From an uncultured virus (IMG/VR IMGVR_UViG_3300008113_000139) (Duplodnaviria > Heunggongvirae > Uroviricota > Caudoviricetes): a stretch of 64,000 nucleotides of DNA. The stretch is taken from IMG/VR virus record IMGVR_UViG_3300008113_000139, one strand, 5' to 3'. The translations under genes were made by a program, and so were the position numbers. The first letter of the stretch is position 1. The number at the start of each line of letters is the position of its first letter. This document shows positions 56,924 through 64,000 of this stretch, piece after piece. A model generated the notes under the pieces. The model ran no database searches, was not told where the DNA came from, and saw only the letters and a program-made list of their open reading frames with translations.

Positions 56924-58762
56924 ATGGATCAAAGGTATTCTTTAGAACAACTCTACTTTCAAGCCAAGGAGGCTTACTATCACGGAGAATCAATCATGTC
57001 CGACGACGAGTTCGACCATTTGGAAAAAGAACTAATATCTCTTGGATCAGACGCGCCCTATATCGTAGGTGCCGATGATCGCAAAGCCAAGTATTCTCAC
57101 CCTTCCCCGATGTTATCTCTCGCCAAGTACCAAGCTACTTTGGCAGGTGATCCACCAACAGAACAGGCACAAGCCTGGATGGATCGTATCGGAAAGGTTT
57201 CTTTTGAGATCTCACCTAAATACGACGGCAACGCTGCCAATGCAATCTACCAAGACGGCAAACTTTTACAAGTCCTGTCTCGAGGCAACGGAACCAAAGG
57301 CAGAGACGTAACCGACAAGGTCCGTCACAACCTACCCGACGTAATTGGAATCCTGGGAACTGTGGAAGTTCGTGGAGAAGTGGTAATCAAGGTTTCTACC
57401 TTTAACGAAAAGTATTCTGAGTACAAGAACCCTCGCAATTACGTTGCCGGTGTTCTCAACCGAGACGAAAACCCTGCCTCGGTAATTGCTGACCTGGACT
57501 TTATACCTCTCGAGGTCCGAGTGCATTCTGACGAAGGCATCTTGTTTGTGAATCCCAACTTGCCAGGTTTCAAGTTCCATCCTTACACATTCCACATAGG
57601 TGGTTTTCCTGGTCAGTTCGCAGATGCTTACAAGACTATGGAAGATTACCGTATCAACCGCTGCGAGTATCAACTCGATGGTTTCGTAGTCAAAGCTCCT
57701 AACGATCTTCGCCCGGGACTTGGCGAAAACTCACACGATCCTAACTGGGCAGTTGCTATCAAGTTTCCTCCTAAGGAAGCAATCACCAAGATCGTATCGA
57801 TATCTTGGCAGTTCGGGAAAACCGGAGAGGTTACTCCAGTCGCAGTTATGGAACCTATCGATCTTGACGGTTCTACGGTTTCACGAGCTGCTTTGTTCAA
57901 TTACGGTTATCTAAAAACCAAAGGCGCTTTTCCTGGCGCCACTGTCGCAATCGCAAAATCAGGTGATATCATACCGCAGATTACTCGAGTGGTAGTCGAA
58001 GGTTCGGAATCAAATCTGGAAGTTCCTACCCACTGCAAATGTGGTTCGGAATTGCATTTGCGCGGAATCCACCTGATGTGCGAGAATCCTACCTGCGAAA
58101 ACATTGCATTCAATATGTTTGCCCAAGGAGTTGCTCAGCTCGACCTCGACGGCGTAGGTGGCTCAATGATACACCAACTCTGGAAAGCAGGCTACCGCTC
58201 TGCTGTGGAAATCTTAAACCCTACCAAGTTTACTCGGGAACGTCTGTTCGCAAACAGCGAACTCAAACCCGGTAAGATGGTAGAAAATATGTTCAAAGAG
58301 ATCGAAAAGATCAAAGAACTCAAACCCGCTGAAGTTATTCTTATGCTGGGATTCCCAGGTATGGGCGGTTCTTCTGCCAAACAGGTAGGTAACATGCTGT
58401 CTGGTGTCAAGTACAACTTCTCAGGATTGGAAAAGGCGGTCATCGCAGGATTCGGTGCTGGTGAAAAGAAACGCGAGATTTATGAATCTGCAATCGCTGA
58501 ATTAGGACAGTTCATCGAGATCACTATGCCGGAGAAAATTGCTGAAGACGCAATACCTTTCGAGATGACAGGCTCACCAAAATCATTTGGGTTTAAGACC
58601 AAGGATGAATTCGTTGCTGCTGCCAAGGCCAAAGGATTCTATCACACGGGTCTCAAAGAAGCAAAGGTGCTTTTCGTCGACGATCTCAACACCATGAGCA
58701 ACAAGATGAAAACTGCGCAATCCAAAGGCGTAAAAATCATGCTCTATTCAGAGATCCTCTAA
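56924..58762 (+). CDS. ligA: NAD-dependent DNA ligase
   Basis: AYY..ESIMSDDEFD, HPSPMLSL, SPKYDG, SRGNG..G.DVT, EVRGE, NPRN, DGFVVK, AIKFP, SGDIIP, Zn finger, degenerate BRCT. Confidence 0.95.
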   Translation: MDQRYSLEQLYFQAKEAYYHGESIMSDDEFDHLEKELISLGSDAPYIVGADDRKAKYSHPSPMLSLAKYQATLAGDPPTEQAQAWMDRIGKVSFEISPKYDGNAANAIYQDGKLLQVLSRGNGTKGRDVTDKVRHNLPDVIGILGTVEVRGEVVIKVSTFNEKYSEYKNPRNYVAGVLNRDENPASVIADLDFIPLEVRVHSDEGILFVNPNLPGFKFHPYTFHIGGFPGQFADAYKTMEDYRINRCEYQLDGFVVKAPNDLRPGLGENSHDPNWAVAIKFPPKEAITKIVSISWQFGKTGEVTPVAVMEPIDLDGSTVSRAALFNYGYLKTKGAFPGATVAIAKSGDIIPQITRVVVEGSESNLEVPTHCKCGSELHLRGIHLMCENPTCENIAFNMFAQGVAQLDLDGVGGSMIHQLWKAGYRSAVEILNPTKFTRERLFANSELKPGKMVENMFKEIEKIKELKPAEVILMLGFPGMGGSSAKQVGNMLSGVKYNFSGLEKAVIAGFGAGEKKREIYESAIAELGQFIEITMPEKIAEDAIPFEMTGSPKSFGFKTKDEFVAAAKAKGFYHTGLKEAKVLFVDDLNTMSNKMKTAQSKGVKIMLYSEIL

Positions 58763-58770
58763 GATATATA
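58763..58770 (+). promoter_or_regulatory. Putative late promoter GATATATA
   Basis: Restarts the tagged array right after ligA. Confidence 0.6.
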
Positions 58771-58793
58771 CCTTAGAAAAAAAATACATAGGA

Positions 58794-59273
58794 ATGAAAC
58801 ACATACAGCCTTTTGATCTATTCATCAACGAAAAGAAAGACGAAAAGTACACCGCAAGAATCGAAGATTCAAGAAAGCCTGGCGGATCTGACAAAGACAT
58901 CAAAAAAGATTATGGTCTTGACGTTGAAAATCGTGACAGAGACGGATTTGATATAGTCGGAAAAAAAGAAGATATCGAGGCATTCATCGAAGACTATGGA
59001 ATGGGATCTGAAGTAGAGATAGAAGTTTACGAAAGTGCGGAAGCAACCAACGAAGGCAAGACTATCGGAACTCTTTCTGATGAAGATGACGATCTTTACT
59101 TAGAAGCAAAAGAACTTCTTGCTAAAGAATACGAGAAATTCCTTAAGACCGTTGAGCCAAAGTTGATGAAGATCATCAGTAAAGCAAGCAAGGATAACGT
59201 TCTTAAGACCAACCTACAGTCTAAAGCAGCGAATGACTTGGTTGATGTCTACAAAATTGGATTCCTAAAATAA
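58794..59273 (+). CDS. Putative internal head protein (CTS-tagged, two modules)
   Basis: MKHIQPFDLFINE; internal VYESAEATNE|G. Confidence 0.65.
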   Translation: MKHIQPFDLFINEKKDEKYTARIEDSRKPGGSDKDIKKDYGLDVENRDRDGFDIVGKKEDIEAFIEDYGMGSEVEIEVYESAEATNEGKTIGTLSDEDDDLYLEAKELLAKEYEKFLKTVEPKLMKIISKASKDNVLKTNLQSKAANDLVDVYKIGFLK

Positions 59274-59281
59274 GAATTGCA

Positions 59282-60106
59282 ATGAAACACATACACACAT
59301 TTGAGAGCTTCTTAAATGAAGCAGAATCAGGAGGTCCTTACTTCCTCCAAATTAACCTAAGACAGAGCATGCTCGGCGGTCACTCTATAGACGCTGAAGT
59401 TGCTTCTTCAGGTACACAAGATTTTGCCGACATTCGTGACAAAAGCGGTTTCTTAAAAACTCCTGCGTTGGACAAAGCGATGGCCGAACTGACTCTTTGG
59501 AAAAATAGAGATAAAAGCGGAAAGGTAGATGCTTCGTTCATCAAAGAATTTGAAAAGGCAATGGAAGGTATTGGGTTCAAACTTGCTAAGTTTAGATACT
59601 CAGCACCGCTTGTGAAACAGGTGGCTGATGAATCAGATGCGATCGCAGCGATCAAAGATACCGTCAAACTTTTAGACAAACTTTACGATTCTTACACACC
59701 TGAGTCGATTCCTGTTCAACCGGGACCCGCTGCTTCTGCTAGAGGTCTGGCGGACAACTTAGTGAATAAATACGTAAGTGGAAGAGGAGACGTTGTGATG
59801 GAACTTGCCGAATTCATTTCAGCAGTCGCAGGACCTAAAGTCAACAAGTACATTAAGTACAGCGACCCAGTATACGACGGACCTATCATTGACAGAATCA
59901 AAGCACAGTACGACAAAGAGAGACCAGCCAAAGAACAGACTTGGGGTGTACTGAAGGCATCTGCTTACAAAGACGGGGTGGTCATCGTAAGAGTTGAGGA
60001 TCCAAAGAAAACTTCTACACCAGAATACACAACAGAGTACTCGGCTGGAAATCTTAAGAACAACGGAGTAAAACCCGGAGACATACTTCTTGCGGTCAAA
60101 AAGTAA
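59282..60106 (+). CDS. Putative internal head protein (CTS-tagged)
   Basis: MKHIHTFESFLNE|A. Confidence 0.65.
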   Translation: MKHIHTFESFLNEAESGGPYFLQINLRQSMLGGHSIDAEVASSGTQDFADIRDKSGFLKTPALDKAMAELTLWKNRDKSGKVDASFIKEFEKAMEGIGFKLAKFRYSAPLVKQVADESDAIAAIKDTVKLLDKLYDSYTPESIPVQPGPAASARGLADNLVNKYVSGRGDVVMELAEFISAVAGPKVNKYIKYSDPVYDGPIIDRIKAQYDKERPAKEQTWGVLKASAYKDGVVIVRVEDPKKTSTPEYTTEYSAGNLKNNGVKPGDILLAVKK

Positions 60107-60114
60107 TCATAAGA

Positions 60115-60564
60115 ATGAAACACATACATACATTCGAGAGCTTCTTGAATGAAGCGGCTAAAATAAGAATCGCATATACTCAGATCGATAAGAAAGCGTA
60201 TGCTACACAAAAGCAAGGCGTCAAGTTTTCTGTGAAAATCAACAATCAAACAGCGACTGGAATCTGGGTCCCTAAGTTTGGCGATATGGCAAGCGGTGTT
60301 GACGTAAATGAATTGGAAGGATCTGGCAGAAAAAGATTCTACATATTTTCTTCTGGCGGAACTTCTAAATCTTTTCCTATTAGTGCTCAACTTGAGGAAT
60401 TAGACAGACAACCTAAAGATTTACGTTTCACCGGTCCGTACCTTGACGTTAGCAAATTAAAAGATGTGTTCATTGACAAGATAACACAAGCTATAGAAAA
60501 ACCTTCAAAAGATGAAGAACTTTCGCCAGAGTTTTTGGAATACTTTGAGATAAGTCAAGTTTAA
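60115..60564 (+). CDS. Putative internal head protein (CTS-tagged)
   Basis: MKHIHTFESFLNE|A. Confidence 0.65.
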   Translation: MKHIHTFESFLNEAAKIRIAYTQIDKKAYATQKQGVKFSVKINNQTATGIWVPKFGDMASGVDVNELEGSGRKRFYIFSSGGTSKSFPISAQLEELDRQPKDLRFTGPYLDVSKLKDVFIDKITQAIEKPSKDEELSPEFLEYFEISQV

Positions 60565-60584
60565 GAATAAAAAAATACATAAAG

Positions 60585-60953
60585 ATGAAACACATCAACA
60601 CATTTGAGAACTTTGTAAACGAGGCAGCAGTCTATGCAGACTTTACGTCTCAAGAAAAATCTGCGTGGAGACACTCTTCAAATCCTTACGGCGATTCCTA
60701 CTTCATGCCTAAGACTGAAGAAGAATACACTAAGATGATGAAGTTCTTGGCAAGCAAAGGCTGGTCATTCTGGAATGTGAACAGATTCGGAGGACAGGAG
60801 CCAGTGAACGCAGACAAACTTCCAAAGTGGAAAAAAGACCTCGCATTCAAACTGAATCTGGGTGGCAAGACAGTGATGCCTACTATCGTAGGACCCACTA
60901 CACAAGGCGCTCCGTTTGATCACGAAAAGTTTTTCAAGATGACGGGCATGTAA
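60585..60953 (+). CDS. Putative internal head protein (CTS-tagged)
   Basis: MKHINTFENFVNE|A. Confidence 0.65.
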   Translation: MKHINTFENFVNEAAVYADFTSQEKSAWRHSSNPYGDSYFMPKTEEEYTKMMKFLASKGWSFWNVNRFGGQEPVNADKLPKWKKDLAFKLNLGGKTVMPTIVGPTTQGAPFDHEKFFKMTGM

Positions 60954-60975
60954 AATCAAGATTGTTAAATACTAT

Positions 60976-61010
60976 AAGTTCTGTGGATGACCTCCACAGA
61001 ACTTTTTTCT
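60976..61010 (+). terminator. Intrinsic terminator
   Basis: 12-bp stem aagttctgtgga/tccacagaactt followed by a T tract. Confidence 0.8.
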
Positions 61011-61061
61011 TTTAGTTAATATAATTACTGTAAGTTATTCACAAGTTCATACAAAGACATA

Positions 61062-62879
61062 ATGGCCAAGCAAAACAAACAAACTGCATCAAACAAAGAA
61101 ATCGTAGCGCTCAGCGACTTTGAGCACGTACTTCACAGACCAACAATGTACATTGGTTCGGTCGAGAAATCTGAAGAAAAAGTACAGATCGTAGAGCCAG
61201 GAAAACTCGTCGAGAAGAACAAGATCATTTCCGTAGGTTTCTACAAGATGCTCAATGAAATTGTCGACAACGCATTTGACGAAGCCAAGCGAATGAAAGG
61301 CCAGATGCCTAAGATCCGTGTCGAGATCGACTCTAAGACCAACCGAGTCAAAGTTACCGACACCGGAGGAGGATTTATCAATGCTGAGAAACCCAATCCT
61401 AAGACAGGACAGTCGAACGTAGAGACAGCGATGTCGATGCTTCGAGCCGGTTCTAACTTCTATAATGAAGATTCGACCGACAGCCTCATCGGAACCAACG
61501 GTGTAGGTGCTGCTTTGGTGAACATGCTGTCAGATGAGTTTTCCATCGAGACTGTGAACAACGATATTCACTTCGTCGCTACTTGGAACAAGTTCGTCAA
61601 GACCGATGAAACTTGCCGTCCTAAGAAACGCGGAGAACAGACAGGAACCACGGTTACATACATTCCAAGAAAGGATGTTTTCAAAGACTGTAAGTGGGAT
61701 AAAGAATACTTGCACACGATGTTCATATTCCGTCAGTTCTTGAAGAAAGAAGATCCTGTGATCAGCAACTTGGTAATTGAGTTTGTGTTCGATGGTCAGG
61801 TCATGGATCTTGACATCAACTTCATTCCTGACGGTGCTCTTGCTTTCAAGAACAAACTAGGCATGTTCTTTGTCTGGGAGAAATACGAAAGCGGGACATC
61901 TGCTTCATTCGTCAACGGTGCTTTGTGTACGGGAATTCACCAGAGGATATTCACTGACTGGGTCAACGAAATCTTCGACTATCAACTTGCCCACCACTTT
62001 TACGATACATTCCTGATACTTAATTTTCCTCCTAAGCTGGTTCGCTTCGCCGACCAAAACAAGACCAAGTACGCGGCAGGACGCTGGGAGATTCAGCCAA
62101 TGTTGGAAAAAGAATTCCATAAGAAGTTGAGACACGCAGTACTTCGCTCAGATTTCTACGAAGCGGTCAAGAAAAAGATCGATGAAAGAAATCTCAAACA
62201 AGACCTCAACGCAATCAAGAACAAGAAAAGAGCCGCTGCGAAAAAGATCAGCGACAAATACTTCCCACCGTCCGGAAGCAAAGGAACACTCTTCATAGTG
62301 GAAGGGAGTTCAGCGATGGGATCAATCTTGCAAAAGAGAGATCCACGAGTTGATGCAGTCTATTCATTGAAAGGCAAGATCAAAAACGCAAGGAGTCTTT
62401 CTGACCTGAGCACCAACAATGAAATCATTGACTTGATGAACATTCTCAATCTCGAGCCACGAGACGGAAGTAAGTGCACTTTCTCAAACATTGCAATCGC
62501 TACCGACTGGGACCCAGACGGAATCGGCCACATTGCATCCCTTGTGATCAACCTATTCTATAAGTGGTTCCCGCAAGTCATTGACCAAGGCAAGCTCAAC
62601 ATTCTTATTACACCTCTTGTGTCTGCCGAGGTGAACAACAAACGTAAGTACTTTTATTCGCTTCACGAGTGGGGACAGTTTGAGAAAAGCGGAACACCTT
62701 ACCGCGGAGTTCGTTACCTCAAAGGTCTGGGTTCATTGAGTGTTGAAGACTGGCAGCTGATCATGGCAGAACGTAAGATGTTTAAAGTTCGTCAAGACCG
62801 CTCGGCAGCCAAGTTCATCGACATCGCATTTGGCGCCAACAGTGACAAACGCAAGAAATGGCTTGAGGGTAGAATCTAA
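61062..62879 (+). CDS. DNA topoisomerase II large subunit (GyrB-like ATPase + TOPRIM; T4 gp39+60-like)
   Basis: EHVLHRPTMYIGS, EIVDNAFDE, GTNGVGA, IVEGSSA, LKGKIKN, ATDWDPDG, YLKGLGS. Confidence 0.93.
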   Translation: MAKQNKQTASNKEIVALSDFEHVLHRPTMYIGSVEKSEEKVQIVEPGKLVEKNKIISVGFYKMLNEIVDNAFDEAKRMKGQMPKIRVEIDSKTNRVKVTDTGGGFINAEKPNPKTGQSNVETAMSMLRAGSNFYNEDSTDSLIGTNGVGAALVNMLSDEFSIETVNNDIHFVATWNKFVKTDETCRPKKRGEQTGTTVTYIPRKDVFKDCKWDKEYLHTMFIFRQFLKKEDPVISNLVIEFVFDGQVMDLDINFIPDGALAFKNKLGMFFVWEKYESGTSASFVNGALCTGIHQRIFTDWVNEIFDYQLAHHFYDTFLILNFPPKLVRFADQNKTKYAAGRWEIQPMLEKEFHKKLRHAVLRSDFYEAVKKKIDERNLKQDLNAIKNKKRAAAKKISDKYFPPSGSKGTLFIVEGSSAMGSILQKRDPRVDAVYSLKGKIKNARSLSDLSTNNEIIDLMNILNLEPRDGSKCTFSNIAIATDWDPDGIGHIASLVINLFYKWFPQVIDQGKLNILITPLVSAEVNNKRKYFYSLHEWGQFEKSGTPYRGVRYLKGLGSLSVEDWQLIMAERKMFKVRQDRSAAKFIDIAFGANSDKRKKWLEGRI

Positions 62880-62884
62880 AAGAA

Positions 62885-62892
62885 GATATATA
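62885..62892 (+). promoter_or_regulatory. Putative late promoter GATATATA
   Basis: Restarts the tagged array right after the topoisomerase gene. Confidence 0.6.
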
Positions 62893-62917
62893 CTTGGAAA
62901 AAAATACAAAGTTCTAA

Positions 62918-63319
62918 GTGATCAAAAATTTCCACGACTGGCTCAACGAAGAAACCGACTATAAAGTCAAGTCTCCGATAGATGTCGAGATCATAACGGG
63001 CAACGTCAGGACCAACTTGGATCCACAAGCCGAAGATTGGATGTCAAAGTCAAAAGATCTTGATGACTATAAGGCCATGTTGAAGGACATGCGCAAGGCT
63101 ATTGGCGAAGACGACAAGCAAGCGGTCGAAAAGATCATAGGCAAAGCCAAAGAAACTCCTCTATTCGCAAAAGAACCGGGCACTATCTGGAGAAGGAAAC
63201 AAATCGAGAACATGGAACCCATGCGCTCAGATGCAGATTTTAACCGTTGGGTCGCCAGATATATAGTAAACAAACTAGGAGTTTTCATCTCTTGGTCAGA
63301 AAACAAGAAAGAATCATAA
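62918..63319 (+). CDS. Putative internal head protein (tagged)
   Basis: GTG start; MIKNFHDWLNE|E. Confidence 0.6.
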   Translation: MIKNFHDWLNEETDYKVKSPIDVEIITGNVRTNLDPQAEDWMSKSKDLDDYKAMLKDMRKAIGEDDKQAVEKIIGKAKETPLFAKEPGTIWRRKQIENMEPMRSDADFNRWVARYIVNKLGVFISWSENKKES

Positions 63320-63663
63320 ATGAAACACATTCAGACATTCGCCCGGACGGCGTCGTAGAAGACGGCGGACCTGTCATAAACGTAGTTACGTACAATGTAA
63401 TCACTGGAGGAACTTGGACCGCGGCGCAGTTCTTTAACCAAAAAGACGCACAGGCATGTGCTGATCTACTGAACAAAACCGAAGTAGGGTGCGCAAGCAA
63501 AGGCCCGAAATCTAAAGAATACGCAGCAGTTGTCAGAAAGGATACTTTTGGTAAGACCCTGTTCTTTGGTGAATTGGAATCGCTCAACGATACCGCTGGT
63601 ACCAAGCTTGACATGAAAGACATTTACGCAAGAGCCGTACAAGCATACAATTCTCTCAAATAA
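63320..63663 (+). pseudogene. Frameshifted or deleted tagged gene
   Basis: ATG 63320 reads MKHIQTFARTAS*; the coding body (..DGVVEDGGPVINV..) lies in another frame ending at 63663. Confidence 0.55.
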
Positions 63664-63673
63664 AGAAATGACG

Positions 63674-63976
63674 ATGAAACACATACATACATTTGAAAGT
63701 TTTCTTAACGAGGCAAAAGACATGTCATACTGGAAACAATACGCTAAAGGTCATCATTCGTTACCAAAGTGGTACAACGATGAAGTAAAAAGCGCGTCAG
63801 AAATTGCTGAACTCGTTGACGAGGTTATTAAGAATGACCAAGCAGAAGCAGATATACCTTTTGACATTGACGAAAAAGATGAAAAGACTCTTGTCAAAAT
63901 GGCGACCGATTATTTTAAGCAATTCAAAACTATCAACGGCAACGTCATCAGTGCCATGTTATTCCAAGGAGCATAA
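63674..63976 (+). CDS. Putative internal head protein (CTS-tagged)
   Basis: MKHIHTFESFLNE|A from ATG 63674 (alternative 63668). Confidence 0.65.
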   Translation: MKHIHTFESFLNEAKDMSYWKQYAKGHHSLPKWYNDEVKSASEIAELVDEVIKNDQAEADIPFDIDEKDEKTLVKMATDYFKQFKTINGNVISAMLFQGA

Positions 63977-64000
63977 AATCAAAACAACTATAAATGGAAA

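Noticed and set aside
54385..62879. Inteins, introns or homing endonucleases in nrdA, ligA or topoisomerase
   Set aside because: The proteins have compact normal lengths with no insertion or splicing motifs visible.
1..64000. Stop-codon reassignment (as in some large Bacteroidota phages)
   Set aside because: Long genes are intact in code 11, and both TAG (26535, 43680) and TGA end genes at sensible positions.

Overview
This 64 kb window is part of a large (jumbo/huge) T4-like myophage genome. It uses the standard genetic code and is almost entirely on the + strand. The host is probably a Bacteroidota/Flavobacteria species (no Shine-Dalgarno sites, one -33/-7 host-type promoter, an A|Q signal peptide, LASC/LIGC lipoboxes). 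Gene order: SET-like gene fragment, 3'-5' exonuclease, NEIL1-like glycosylase; a ~23 kb block of very large virion/baseplate/fibre genes with a spanin-like pair; a tail-tube-fold protein; RuvC-like resolvase, gp32 SSB, primase, UvsY, PD-(D/E)xK exonuclease and UvsW; then long arrays of accessory genes interrupted by Hsp20, dUTPase-like, an N-terminal half of PolB, nrdB/nrdA, NAD-dependent ligase and the topoisomerase II large subunit. The most striking signal is that about 27 otherwise unrelated accessory proteins share an N-terminal tag (consensus MKH(I/V)xT(F/Y)ExF(L/I)NE|A) resembling the T4 internal-protein capsid-targeting sequence with its (L/I)xE prohead-protease site, and the tagged blocks restart behind a GATATATA late-promoter-like motif. 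The tagged cargo includes a ferritin, an ADP-ribosyltransferase-like protein, a ParB/Srx domain, a nuclease-like protein and three different nucleotidyltransferase classes; a separate untagged gene fuses a ligase-like domain to a dead paralogue of one of them. All calls come from motif recognition by eye; no database searches were run.
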